From Anaerolineae bacterium (GTDB lineage: Bacteria > Chloroflexota > Anaerolineae > DRVO01): 64,000 nucleotides of DNA. The position numbers and the translations under genes were made by a program. Numbering within the stretch: the first letter of the stretch is position 1; each line of letters starts with the position of its first letter. Positions 19,965-29,824 of this stretch are shown in pieces. The stretch covers positions 553,279 through 617,278 of the forward strand of contig JAXGMM010000001.1 in NCBI GenBank assembly GCA_040768685.1, given 5' to 3'. Under the pieces are notes generated by a model, which saw only the letters and a list, made by a program, of their open reading frames with translations, did not search any database and had not been told where the DNA came from.

Positions 19965-21110
19965 TCACTTGTCCCGCGGTGCGACGTCGACCGCTTCCAG
20001 TGGAACGCCGGCGCGCACAGTCAGAGCGGCCACGAGCCGTCGGTGCAGCACTTCAGGGACGCCCTCACAGTCCTCCAGGGGGAATTCCCCATCCTCCTCG
20101 CGCAGCACGGCGACATCGGCGCAGGCGCCCTCCCGTAGGGTGCCGATCTCGTCCTGCATGCCCAGCATGGCGGCCGGGGCGGCGGTGGACAGCCGCACCA
20201 CCTCGGCGAGGTCCATGCCCAGGTGGAGGAACTTGCTCATCACCGACGTCATACCGAAGGCGGGCCCGTTGATGCTGCCGGTGTGGACGTCGGTGGAGAT
20301 GGAGTCGGGCGGGAAGCCTTGCTCCAATGCGTACCGCGCCACCTGCCAGGAGAAGCTGCCGGCGCCGTGGCCGACGTCGAATAGGACGCCGCGTTCCCGC
20401 GCTTCCCAGGCCTCCGGCCGGACTCTTCCCCCGTGGATGACCAGGCAGCCGGTGCGGCCCTTGTAGGCGTGGGTGATGATGTCGCCCGGGCGCATGATCG
20501 GGAGGATGGCCCAGAGGCCCGGAGGTGGAACGCCGATGTGGCACATGACCGGCAGGTTGACGGCCTCGCCAACCTCGCGCGCGATGCGAACCGGCGTTAG
20601 GTCGTTGGCGCCCACCTGCAGGCCGCTGGCCAGCACCTTGATGCCCTTGATGAGGTCGCGGTTGGCCTGCACCGTGTCGTAAGCGGCGTCGGCGTTGTAG
20701 TGGTGCACGTTCTCGTGCGCGCCGCTATAGGCGGTGAGCCCCGGTGTCGAGATGTTCAGGTAGGGCGCGATGCGAACGGTGGACGGCTCGATGAGGAACC
20801 GCCGGAAGCCGGCGAAGTTGCTCGCCCCGGCAGAGCCGGCGTCCACCCAGGTGGTGGCGCCGCTGCCGGGAGCGTGCTTGTCGGCCTCGAGATTAAGGTA
20901 CCCGGCGCCCCAGTACACGTGGGTATGCATGTCAATGAGGCCGGGCGTCACCAGGCAGCCGGATGCGTCGAAGGTGCGTTCCGCCTCGGCGACGATGGCG
21001 GTGGCCACCCGAGCGATGCGGCCGTCGAAGATGGCGACGTCGGCTCGTTCATTCCGCCCGGTCGACGGGTCAAGGACGCGGCCATTGCGGATAACGAGTT
21101 GATAGCGCAT
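19965..21110 (-). CDS. amidohydrolase family metallo-hydrolase (deacylase/dihydroorotase-like)
   Basis: GLIDMHTHVYWG metal-binding HxH, DVGHGAGSF, 381 aa; paralog of adjacent gene. Confidence 0.75.
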   Translation of the reverse strand: MRYQLVIRNGRVLDPSTGRNERADVAIFDGRIARVATAIVAEAERTFDASGCLVTPGLIDMHTHVYWGAGYLNLEADKHAPGSGATTWVDAGSAGASNFAGFRRFLIEPSTVRIAPYLNISTPGLTAYSGAHENVHHYNADAAYDTVQANRDLIKGIKVLASGLQVGANDLTPVRIAREVGEAVNLPVMCHIGVPPPGLWAILPIMRPGDIITHAYKGRTGCLVIHGGRVRPEAWEARERGVLFDVGHGAGSFSWQVARYALEQGFPPDSISTDVHTGSINGPAFGMTSVMSKFLHLGMDLAEVVRLSTAAPAAMLGMQDEIGTLREGACADVAVLREEDGEFPLEDCEGVPEVLHRRLVAALTVRAGVPLEAVDVAPRDK

Positions 21111-21196
21111 TCGGTCTCTCCCGCCGGGCGGATGGTCGCAGTGTATGCCGGCGGGGGTTCCGTGCCAACGGAAGCGGTCTTGGGCGACGAGGCCGC

Positions 21197-22315
21197 CTAG
21201 AGTCGCTCTCCGCTCCGGATGGTGTGCACCGGCACAAGCCTCTCGGTCACGATCTCCGTGACGCCCTCAGTGTCGGTGAGGGGGAAGCGACCGTCTTCTA
21301 AGCGCAGGATGCTCACATCGGCCTCGGCGCCCAAGCGCAGGTGACCCAGGGAGTCTGACATGCCAAGGGCGTGTGCGGGCGCGGTGGTCGCCAGACGCAC
21401 CACTTTGGGCAGCGAGAGGCCCAGGTGGAGGAACTTCGTCATCACCGACGGCAGGCTGATGGCCCCGCGCGCCACGCTGGCGACGTGGAGATCGGTGGAG
21501 ATCACGTCCGGCGGGAAGCCCTGGGCCAGCGCCGCCCGCGCCACGCTCCAGGAGAAGCTGCCCGCCCCATGCGCCACGTCGAAGAGCACCCCGCGCTGCC
21601 GGGCGGCCCACGCTTCGTCGCGCACCCGATCGCCCTCCACCAGCAGACACCCCTTCCGGCCCTTGTAGCAGTGGGTGATGATGTCGCCGCCGCGCATCAG
21701 GGGAAGCATGTCGCCCAGACCGGGCGGGGGCGCGCCGATGTGGCACATCACCGGCAGGCCGGTGGCCTTGCCCGCCTCTAGGGCGGTCCGCAACGGAATG
21801 AGGCCGCTGGGGCCGACGCGCATCGCGCAACTGAGCACTTTGATGCCGCGGATCAGGTCGCGGTTGTCCTCCACGGTGCGCCAGACGGAGTCCACATTCA
21901 GGTGCTCGATGACGCCGTGGACTACCTCCAAGCAGGTGAGGCCGGGCTCGGATATGTTGAGGAAAGGCACGATCCGAGCCCGAGCCGGCTCGATCACGTA
22001 GTGCCGGAAGGCGCGGAAGTTGGCCGATCCGGCACTGCCCGCGTCCACCCAGGTGGTGACGCCGGCCGCGGCCGCGTGGGCGTCGGCGTCGAGGCTCAGG
22101 TCGTCAAGACGGTGCGCTACGTGCGTGTGCAAGTCGACCAGGCCGGGAACGACCAGGCAGCCGGAGGCGTTCAGGCGATTGCTGGCCTCGGCCGCAGAGA
22201 GGTCCGGCGCGATGTCCGCCACCCGACCGTCGACTACAGCCACGTCGGCCACTTCATCGCGCCCTTGAGCCGGGTCGAGGACGCGCCCGCCGGTGATCAG
22301 GAGGTCGTAGCGCAT
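21197..22315 (-). CDS. amidohydrolase family metallo-hydrolase (paralog)
   Basis: MRYDLLITGGRVLDP, GLVDLHTHV, DVAHGAGSFSW; colinear similarity to 19965-21110. Confidence 0.75.
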   Translation of the reverse strand: MRYDLLITGGRVLDPAQGRDEVADVAVVDGRVADIAPDLSAAEASNRLNASGCLVVPGLVDLHTHVAHRLDDLSLDADAHAAAAGVTTWVDAGSAGSANFRAFRHYVIEPARARIVPFLNISEPGLTCLEVVHGVIEHLNVDSVWRTVEDNRDLIRGIKVLSCAMRVGPSGLIPLRTALEAGKATGLPVMCHIGAPPPGLGDMLPLMRGGDIITHCYKGRKGCLLVEGDRVRDEAWAARQRGVLFDVAHGAGSFSWSVARAALAQGFPPDVISTDLHVASVARGAISLPSVMTKFLHLGLSLPKVVRLATTAPAHALGMSDSLGHLRLGAEADVSILRLEDGRFPLTDTEGVTEIVTERLVPVHTIRSGERL

Positions 22316-22342
22316 GCGGTCTCCCGAGGGCTGCCGTTCGCT

Positions 22343-24064
22343 CTAGTCGGCGCCCGCGTCGATGTAGGCGTACTGAAGGATGGGGACCACCATCGATGGG
22401 TGCGGCAGGTCCCTTACGTAAGGCTTGGTCAGCCGGTACTCCACGTCGTGGTAGAGGGGGATCACCGGGGACTCGGCAAGGACGGTCTTCTCCGCTTCCA
22501 GGTAGAGGAGGTGGCGCGTCTCCAGGTCCATCTCCAGCCCTGCCTCGCCGAGGAGCCGGTCCACCTCCGGGTTGGAGTAGCCGCTATGGTTGTCGTAGCT
22601 GGCGCTGTCGAAGAGGACCTTCAGGAAGTTCTCCGGGTCCGGATAGTCGGCGATCCATCCGAGGACGTACATCTGGTAGGGGTGGTGCGGATCGTCCAGG
22701 CCCTCGAGGAAGTCGCGCCAGTCGCTCTGTTCGACCTCCAAGGTGATGCCCAGGTTCTCCTCTAGCGTGACCGCGATCGCCTCGGCCACTGAGTCAGTCT
22801 GGGGGGCGGTGTTCGCCACGTGTAGGGTGATGGTGGGCAGCCGTTCCGCCCCGCCGTAGCTGGACTGCGCCAGCATCTCCAAGGCGGCGGCAGGGTCGTA
22901 CTCGGGGCCGACTATGCCCGCGTTGTCGTAGTGAGGCATGCCCGGAGGGATGATGGTGGAAGCCGCCGGCACGGTGCTCTGGTAGAGCATGTCCACGATC
23001 CGCTGCCGGTCCAGCGCCATGGCGAAGGCCTGCCGCACCTCGGGCTCGTCGAAGGGGGCGGTGTCGCAGCGCAGGCCGACGTAGAAAGTGGCCAACTGAT
23101 CGATGATCGACAACTCGTCGTTCAGGCCCTGCTCGGGATCGGTGATTCGAGGCAGGTTGCTGATGCCGACGCCGGTCACATCAAGCTCGCCGTTCTCGTA
23201 CATGGTGACGCCCTCGCCCCCGCCCAGCATGAACACCACCCGGTCGAGCGCCGGCTGGGGGTCGCGGTAGTAGTTGCGGTTGGCGAGCAGGGTGATCTGG
23301 GAGCCCGGCACCACCTCGCCCAGCCTGAAGGGTCCGGTGCCGTTGAAGCGCTCCAGGACGTCTTTCGAGTCCAGCGACCGGCGGTCGACGACGAAGGCGA
23401 CCGGGTGCGACAGCTTGGCCAGGAAGGAGGGACGCGGGGCGTCGATCTCTATCTCGAGAGTGTAGTCGTCCAAAACTCGGACGCCCTCAAGGTGATCGGC
23501 GTCGCCCGCGAGCATGGCCTGGGCGCCGACGATGTCGCCCAAGTAGGTGGAAGCGATGGGCGAACCGGTGGCAGGGTCGCACGAGCGCTCAAGGGAGAAC
23601 CGGAAGTCCTCGGCGGTTACGGGCGTGCCGTCATGGAAGACGACATTGGTGCGCAGGTGGAAGGTGTAGACGGTACCGTCCTCGCTGACCTGATAGGACT
23701 CGGCGATGTCAGGCGTCAGCGCCAGGTCGGCGCCGGCGGTGACGAGACCGCTGTAGATCTCGACGATGTACTGGGCTGAGGTGCTGTCCTGGCTCATGGC
23801 CGGGTCGAGCGTGGGGGGCATGGAGCCCGGGAGGCGGAGTTCGCCGCCGATGGGACGGCCGTCCGTGGTGAAGGCGCCGGGCGTCGGGCCGGGGACGGCT
23901 CGCGTCGCGATGACGCCGGTGGCACGCATCTCGAGGCCATCGTAGGACAACTCACCCGGGCGGATCGACATGAGGGTAAGGCCGGCGCAGCCGCCGCAAA
24001 GAACCAGGCAGCCGCACGCGAGGGCAATCACGAGCAGAATCACGATCGGCGAACGTTTTCCCAT
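22343..24064 (-). CDS. ABC transporter substrate-binding protein, family 5, lipoprotein
   Basis: signal peptide with LACGC lipobox; SBP_bac_5 length; start ATG 24064 has AAGGGAG SD (alternative 24088). Confidence 0.8.
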   Translation of the reverse strand: MGKRSPIVILLVIALACGCLVLCGGCAGLTLMSIRPGELSYDGLEMRATGVIATRAVPGPTPGAFTTDGRPIGGELRLPGSMPPTLDPAMSQDSTSAQYIVEIYSGLVTAGADLALTPDIAESYQVSEDGTVYTFHLRTNVVFHDGTPVTAEDFRFSLERSCDPATGSPIASTYLGDIVGAQAMLAGDADHLEGVRVLDDYTLEIEIDAPRPSFLAKLSHPVAFVVDRRSLDSKDVLERFNGTGPFRLGEVVPGSQITLLANRNYYRDPQPALDRVVFMLGGGEGVTMYENGELDVTGVGISNLPRITDPEQGLNDELSIIDQLATFYVGLRCDTAPFDEPEVRQAFAMALDRQRIVDMLYQSTVPAASTIIPPGMPHYDNAGIVGPEYDPAAALEMLAQSSYGGAERLPTITLHVANTAPQTDSVAEAIAVTLEENLGITLEVEQSDWRDFLEGLDDPHHPYQMYVLGWIADYPDPENFLKVLFDSASYDNHSGYSNPEVDRLLGEAGLEMDLETRHLLYLEAEKTVLAESPVIPLYHDVEYRLTKPYVRDLPHPSMVVPILQYAYIDAGAD

Positions 24065-24233
24065 CAAGAACGCGGCTCCCTTAACCATCGGGTCTGTACG
24101 GATTCATGAGGCAACGGGCGTCATTCTATGGGCCGTTCCCGGCAACGGCAAAGCCCGGCCCCTCTTGATTCGGCGTGACGGTCCGGCTACACTCGACTCC
24201 AACGATGATGAATGATCAACTGAGGGCCGAGCC

Positions 24234-25067
24234 GTGAAGATCACCTGTTTGGTAGAGAACTCGGTGTCCCGGGGCAAGGTCTGGGCGGAGCACGGACTGT
24301 CCCTGTTGGTGGAGGGCCGAGGAGGCCGCGTTCTCTTCGACGTAGGGGATAGCGGCACGGTGTTGAAGCACAACGCCGCCGTCCTGAAGGCGGACCTGGC
24401 CGCGGTGGATGCCGTGGTGTTCAGCCACGGCCACACGGATCACACGGGGGGTATGGAAGCGTTGGCGGGGCTGCTTTCGGGCAAGCCGCTGGTGGCCCAT
24501 CCAGACGTATTCGTGGAGCGGTTCAGCGGGCGCGACCGGCAGTCCATCGGGCTCAATCCGGAGCGTGGCCGCACGATCGGCCAGGCCCTGCGCCCTCAAC
24601 TGGATGCCGCGCCGCGCGAGGTCGTGCCGGGGGTGCGCACTACCGGCGAGATCACCGCGAGGCCATTCCCCGAGGGACGGGGCAAAGACCACGTCGTGCG
24701 CTCGGGTGAGGATTATGTCCCCGACCCCTATCGGGATGACCTCTCGCTGGTGCTGACGGTGCGAGACGGGTTGGTGCTGGTGCTCGGCTGCGCCCACTCC
24801 GGCCTGCTCAACATCCTTGCGACCGTCCGCGGGCAGTACGACTCGCCTCTCCTAGCGGTGATCGGCGGAACTCATCTGGGCGGGGCAGACCGGGACACGC
24901 TGCGGCTGGTGGCGCGGGAGATCGAGGCCGCCGGCTCGCCCAAGCTCTACCTCAACCACTGTACCGGGGCGGACTCACTTTTCCATCTCCGCTATCTCCT
25001 GCCCGATCTGGTTCGGCCGTTCGGCGTGGGGGCGCAGTTGGAGTTCGCCGACGAAGCCCTGGCCTAG
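24234..25067 (+). CDS. MBL-fold metallo-hydrolase
   Basis: VVFSHGHTDHTGG HxHxDH motif, GTVLKHN, 277 aa. Confidence 0.75.
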   Translation: MKITCLVENSVSRGKVWAEHGLSLLVEGRGGRVLFDVGDSGTVLKHNAAVLKADLAAVDAVVFSHGHTDHTGGMEALAGLLSGKPLVAHPDVFVERFSGRDRQSIGLNPERGRTIGQALRPQLDAAPREVVPGVRTTGEITARPFPEGRGKDHVVRSGEDYVPDPYRDDLSLVLTVRDGLVLVLGCAHSGLLNILATVRGQYDSPLLAVIGGTHLGGADRDTLRLVAREIEAAGSPKLYLNHCTGADSLFHLRYLLPDLVRPFGVGAQLEFADEALA

Positions 25068-25083
25068 CGACGGCCGGTCGCCG

Positions 25084-25827
25084 CTAACCGGGCCGGGTGC
25101 GGTGGAAGTCCACCTGATACCAGCAGGCCTTGGCGCCCTCCGGGTGCCGCACCTCCACCACGGGCGAGATCTGGTTGCCCAAGGAGTCCACCACCACGAC
25201 GTAGTAAGTGGCGGCGCCGGTACCGAGGATCACGTCGTAGTAGCCGGCGTCCGGCGGTTGCTTGGTGATGGTGGGGAAGTTGTGATTCCACGGGTCGTAG
25301 ACCCTCAGTTGCACCCCCGGCAACGGCTGGCCCCCTTCGTCGCGCACGTATCCGAACACCGCGCCCACGAAGCATCCCCGCTCCTCCACGCCGACGGGCG
25401 CCGCCGCTACGTACAAGTAGGCCGACCGGGTAGGCGTCGGCGAAGGCGAGGCAGTTGCGGTCGGGCCGGTCGGTGTGACGGAGGGCGTAGCCGGGTTGCT
25501 GGGCGCTCCGCCAGGGGGCGGGGTAGCCGCCGATGGCGGTGGGTACGTCGGTGCTTCGGCGGTGGGCGCGGGCGCCTGCGTCGGCACGGGAAGGGTGGGC
25601 CAGGGTGTCTGTACTGCCACTGCCCCGCCGGGCAGAGTGGGCGAGGGTGTGATCAGCCGGGCCTGCACGCTCGCGTAGGTCGGCGTCGGCGAGACAAGGC
25701 GCTCCAGCACCGCCAAGGGCTCGATAGGCCCTATGCGGACGCTGCTCGCGACCACGTAACCGACCGCGACGGCGGCCCCAATGACGACCAGGAAGAGCAG
25801 TCCGTACAGCGGGTTGCTTCGCCTCAA
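25084..25827 (-). CDS. membrane-anchored protein with Pro/Thr-rich linker and C-terminal carboxypeptidase-regulatory-like beta-sandwich
   Basis: N-terminal TM LYGLLFLVVIGAAVAVGYVV; PTPT/APAPTAEAPTYPPP linker; C-terminal GGQPLPGVQLRVYDP...YYVVVVDSLGN. Confidence 0.55.
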   Translation of the reverse strand: MRRSNPLYGLLFLVVIGAAVAVGYVVASSVRIGPIEPLAVLERLVSPTPTYASVQARLITPSPTLPGGAVAVQTPWPTLPVPTQAPAPTAEAPTYPPPSAATPPPGGAPSNPATPSVTPTGPTATASPSPTPTRSAYLYVAAAPVGVEERGCFVGAVFGYVRDEGGQPLPGVQLRVYDPWNHNFPTITKQPPDAGYYDVILGTGAATYYVVVVDSLGNQISPVVEVRHPEGAKACWYQVDFHRTRPG

Positions 25828-25862
25828 CGGGGACCCCTTCCGCCGGGCCTGCCGGCTGCTTG

Positions 25863-25892
25863 TTGCCGCTGGGTTGCGCGGCTACCTATAAT
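25863..25892 (+). promoter_or_regulatory. sigma70-type promoter, leaderless configuration
   Basis: TTGCCG-18nt-TATAAT ending 6 nt before ATG 25899. Confidence 0.5.
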
Positions 25893-25898
25893 CGCCGC

Positions 25899-28250
25899 AT
25901 GTCGGCCCACAGCACCATAATAAAGACGGCCTCCAGCCCTCGCCAGTTCCACATTCGTGGGCCGGTGCAGGCTGTGGCCCTGGCGGCAGTGGCGGTGGCC
26001 GCCGTGGCGCTGCGGTTCGGCGGCCTCAGCCGGCAAAGCCTGTGGGCCGACGAGGGTAACTCCTGGGGCATGGCCATTCGGTCGCTGGGCGAGATCGGCC
26101 CGGCGGCGGCGGGCGACATCCACCCCCCGTTGTACTACTACCTACTGAATCTCTGGTGCCGGCTCTTCGGGACCTCCGAGGCCGGCATGCGGTCGCTCTC
26201 GGCCCTGTTCGGCTGCCTCACGGTACTGGTCATCTACCTGTGGGCGCGGCGGATAGCGGGAGACTGGGCCGGAGTGGGGGCCGGGGTGCTGGCCGCTATC
26301 TCGCCGTTCGCCGTCTACTACTCGCAGGAAGCGCGCGCCTATGCGCTAGTCGCCCTCCTCACCGCCGTCGGATGCTGGACGCTCACGGAGTGCTTTCTTG
26401 CTCACGGCGAGGGGCGCCGGTGCCGCCGCTGGATGGTCGGCCACGTGCTGGCGACCGCCGGTCTCCTCTGGTCGCACTACCTGGGACTCGTGGTTCTGGT
26501 TCTGTACAACCTGGTGGCGGCTGCGTGGCTCTGGGGTCGGCTGGACCGGAGCGTGCGGCTGAAGGAATGGGCAGCGATGCAACTGGCGGCCGTCATCGTC
26601 TTCGTGCCTTGGCTGCCGCAGATGCTCGGGAGCGCCGGTTCCTGGCCGGCCATCAGCGCCCACGAGCCCCTGAGCTTCTATCTCTCGGAGCTGGCCCGCC
26701 TGTACACCTTGGGGCCGGGCGCGGAGGGCATGACGCGATGGGCTTGGCTGGCCCTAGCGCCGGCGGCCGTGGGCGTCGTAGCGGGGATGATGCGGGGACG
26801 TCACCGCCTTCTGTGGTCGCTGGTGATCCTGGCGGCGCTATGGCCTGCCCTGGCTCTGTGGTTGCTTTCGTTTCTCCGTCCTGCCTACCGCGCAAAGTTC
26901 CTGCTGCTCGGCCTTCCCGCCTATCATGTGTTGGCGGGTGCGGGGATGGCCGGGCCGGCGCTGTGGTCCGGGCGGCGCCGGGGCTGGGCTCTAGGTCTCC
27001 TGGTAGGTGCGGCGCTGGGAGCCCTGGCGTTTCCCGCCTCATGTAGCGGGCTCACCGGCTACCTTAGCGGTCGCCAGTCGGTGAAGGACGACTACCGAGG
27101 CCTGGCAGCGTACATCACCGCCGCGGCCGGATCGGACGGGGCGGTGGTGGTCAACGCGCCCGGCCAGATGGAGGTCTTCTCTTACTACTACCGCGGCGAG
27201 GCTCCCCTCTACGCCCTGCCGAGCAGTCGGCCGCCCGACGCCGCCACGCTGGAAGGGGAACTGGCCGCGATCGCCGCGGGCCATCCGCGCATCTTCTCGG
27301 TCATCTGGGCCACCGCGGAGAGTGATCCCGAAGGCGTCATGGAGCGGTGGCTTGACGCCCACGCCTACAAGGCATCGGACGTCTGGTTCGGCAACGTGCG
27401 CCTCACGCTCCATGAGACGCCCTCGTCCATGCCGCGGGAGCGTGAGACCCACGCCATCTTCGGCGACATCATCGCTCTCGAGTCGTATGCTCTGTCTGAG
27501 GCCGGCGTTCGTCCGGGGACGGCGGCGCCGGTGAGCCTGGTGTGGCGCCGCAGCGGCGTGGTAGCCGACGAGTACGCGCTGTTTGTTCAGGTCCTGGACG
27601 AGCGCAGCAACATCGTGGGCCAACGAGACGCGGCTCTCTCGGAGCGGCGGTCTGTGGCCGAGTGGCTTCCCGACGAAGAGATCGACGACAAGCAGGCGGT
27701 GCCCATCATGCTGGGGACGCCGCCGGGCGCCTACGCAGTGGTGGCGGGGTTATACAGCTTGACGACGGGCGCACGCTTGACGTTGCCCGACGGCAGCGAC
27801 CGGATGCAGTTGGGCACGGTGGAGGTGCTGCCCACGCAGGTGCTATCAGCCGGCGCGTTGCGAGCCACGCAGACTCAGGAGGTCGGGCTGGGCCCGCTGA
27901 GGCTGATGGCCTGGGATGTCTCGCCGCTGGGAGGCGCGCCGGGCGTGCAGGTGGAGACGGCGGCCGGTGCGCCGTTGTCGCTGGTGTTCTACTGGCGTGT
28001 CCTGGAGCCGGCAGAGGCACAGATGGAGTTCCTGCTCGACGCGGGCGGCCAGAGCCGACCCATCGGGCAGGTTCCGGCGCTCTCTCAGGCTCTGGCCCTG
28101 GGGCGGTGGGAAGTGGGGCAGACCTACCGCGATCCCCACATCGTGTTCCTTCCCGGCGACCTACAACCCGGCGAGTACCGGCTGTCGGTGGTGGCCAACG
28201 CGGGCGGCGGTCAGGGCCAGGTGGACCTGGGCCGCGTCCTGATCCGCTGA
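25899..28250 (+). CDS. GT-C fold glycosyltransferase, family 39/ArnT/PMT-like, with C-terminal duplicated beta-rich domain
   Basis: LWADEGNSW, HPPLYYYLL motifs of GT39/GT83 N-terminal loop; about 12 TM then about 330-aa soluble region containing two related domains (VSLVWRR...; LSLVFYWRV...). Confidence 0.75.
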   Translation: MSAHSTIIKTASSPRQFHIRGPVQAVALAAVAVAAVALRFGGLSRQSLWADEGNSWGMAIRSLGEIGPAAAGDIHPPLYYYLLNLWCRLFGTSEAGMRSLSALFGCLTVLVIYLWARRIAGDWAGVGAGVLAAISPFAVYYSQEARAYALVALLTAVGCWTLTECFLAHGEGRRCRRWMVGHVLATAGLLWSHYLGLVVLVLYNLVAAAWLWGRLDRSVRLKEWAAMQLAAVIVFVPWLPQMLGSAGSWPAISAHEPLSFYLSELARLYTLGPGAEGMTRWAWLALAPAAVGVVAGMMRGRHRLLWSLVILAALWPALALWLLSFLRPAYRAKFLLLGLPAYHVLAGAGMAGPALWSGRRRGWALGLLVGAALGALAFPASCSGLTGYLSGRQSVKDDYRGLAAYITAAAGSDGAVVVNAPGQMEVFSYYYRGEAPLYALPSSRPPDAATLEGELAAIAAGHPRIFSVIWATAESDPEGVMERWLDAHAYKASDVWFGNVRLTLHETPSSMPRERETHAIFGDIIALESYALSEAGVRPGTAAPVSLVWRRSGVVADEYALFVQVLDERSNIVGQRDAALSERRSVAEWLPDEEIDDKQAVPIMLGTPPGAYAVVAGLYSLTTGARLTLPDGSDRMQLGTVEVLPTQVLSAGALRATQTQEVGLGPLRLMAWDVSPLGGAPGVQVETAAGAPLSLVFYWRVLEPAEAQMEFLLDAGGQSRPIGQVPALSQALALGRWEVGQTYRDPHIVFLPGDLQPGEYRLSVVANAGGGQGQVDLGRVLIR

Positions 28251-28254
28251 TGGG

Positions 28255-28614
28255 TCAGGCGTTACGGCGGAAGAGGGTCTCGCTCGGGCCCACGGAGGGC
28301 TCGCTCTGGCCGGGCGGCAGTCGCATGGCGATGATCACTGCTCCGCGGTGGGCGGCCTGGAGGCGGTCGAGTTCCTGCTGGGTAGGCGCGGTGAAGGTGG
28401 CCACCCAGACCCGGAGGGCAGTCGGGTCGCCGCTAGTGTCCACGCTGACATAGCGGACCTCCGGACGGGTCAGGCACGCGGCTAGAACTTCGGTCGTCAC
28501 GGAGACGGCACTTTCGGACCGGCGCAGATCGGCTGGTGAGGTCGTCTCCCAACCGGAAGGGAACCGGTCCGCCAGAGAAGCAGGCTCGGCAGCGGATGGA
28601 TGATCGCCGGACAT
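28255..28614 (-). CDS. hypothetical protein (weak call)
   Basis: 120-codon ORF from ATG 28614; C-terminal half non-repetitive (VSVDTSGDPTALRVWVATFTAPTQQELDRLQAAHRGAVIIAM); no recognisable domain. Confidence 0.25.
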   Translation of the reverse strand: MSGDHPSAAEPASLADRFPSGWETTSPADLRRSESAVSVTTEVLAACLTRPEVRYVSVDTSGDPTALRVWVATFTAPTQQELDRLQAAHRGAVIIAMRLPPGQSEPSVGPSETLFRRNA

Positions 28615-28811
28615 AGCGGATGCTCCGAGTTGAGCGTGATGCCTTGCCGATCGAACGGTGCTATCGTAAGGCTTAGGCGCTTCGGGGAACAGCGCGGCCG
28701 GTGTATGCGTCTGCACAGAGGGAGTGGACGGCCGGATCGGATCGCCGGTGAGCGAGTCCGGCCTTGGCGTGAGGATGCTCTCACAAGGGCGGCAAGGACG
28801 CAGGTGGAACG

Positions 28812-29819
28812 GTGAACTCGCGGATAGAAGAAGAGAACGGCAACACCTGGATTCTGGTACTGGCGTTGGTGGCGGCCCTGGCATTGGTGGTCGCGTTTGT
28901 CATCCTACCTGCTCTCCGCAGGCAACCACCGCCGGCTCCGGCTACAGCTGTGGCCACTCTGGCGGCGGCGCCGGCACAAACCGGCCCGTCCCTGCGGGTG
29001 CAGGAGCACAGCGCCGGCGGCTTCGCCATCCTGGGCGAGGGCTGGCCGCGCGACGCCGCCGTCACGCTGCTGATCACCTCCAATCGGGGCGCGTCCGACT
29101 ATTGGCTCGGCCGGCTCCTGGCCGACTCGAATGGAGCCTTCCGGCGAGACGTTGCCTGGCGCAATGACTATCCAACCGGCGCGGGCGTCGAACTGGTGGC
29201 TCGCACGAGCGAGTTCGAGGTCAGGGCGCCGTTCGAGCTGCGCTCGGGCAGCCTCGATCCAGCTGTTCCTACCGCGACCGGCACCGCCGCACCCGGTGAC
29301 GCGACCGCGACTGCCACGCCGACCGTCACACCGACTGCGCTGCCGTCTCCGACGGCGTCGCCCACCGCCACGGTGACGCCAACTGCGACTCCCAGCCCGA
29401 GCCCGACGCCGCCGGCGACCCCGGCTGTGTTCTTCGGCTGGAAGGGGGAGTACTTCAACAACACCGATGTGAGCGGTGCTCCGGCGGTGGTCCGCGACGA
29501 CGAGATGATCGCCTTCGACTGGGGACAGGCCTACCCACTGCCCGGCGTGGGCGTGGACAACTTCAGCGTCCGCTGGACCAGGGAACTGGAGCTGCCGGCG
29601 GGCACCTACCGCTTCACATTGCGCGCCGATGACGGGGTGCGGCTGTGGGTGAATGAGGCGCTGCTGATCGACCGGTGGACGGCGGGGTATGCGACCACAG
29701 AGAGCGTGGTGCAACTGCCGGCCGGGGTGCACACGGTGCGAGTGGAGTACTTCGAGGCGACGGGCGAAGCACGGGTCTTTCTGGAGTGGGGCAGCGTGCT
29801 GTCGCTGCCGGCCCAGTAG
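28812..29819 (+). CDS. membrane-anchored protein with Pro/Thr/Ala linker and C-terminal PA14 domain
   Basis: N-terminal TM WILVLALVAALALVVAFVILPAL; linker TATGTAAPGDATATATPTVTPTALPSPTASPT; PA14 signature FFGWKGEYFNNTDVSGAP...DNFSVRWTRELELPAGTYRF...DGVRLWVNEALLIDRW. Confidence 0.7.
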   Translation: MNSRIEEENGNTWILVLALVAALALVVAFVILPALRRQPPPAPATAVATLAAAPAQTGPSLRVQEHSAGGFAILGEGWPRDAAVTLLITSNRGASDYWLGRLLADSNGAFRRDVAWRNDYPTGAGVELVARTSEFEVRAPFELRSGSLDPAVPTATGTAAPGDATATATPTVTPTALPSPTASPTATVTPTATPSPSPTPPATPAVFFGWKGEYFNNTDVSGAPAVVRDDEMIAFDWGQAYPLPGVGVDNFSVRWTRELELPAGTYRFTLRADDGVRLWVNEALLIDRWTAGYATTESVVQLPAGVHTVRVEYFEATGEARVFLEWGSVLSLPAQ

Positions 29820-29824
29820 CGGAG

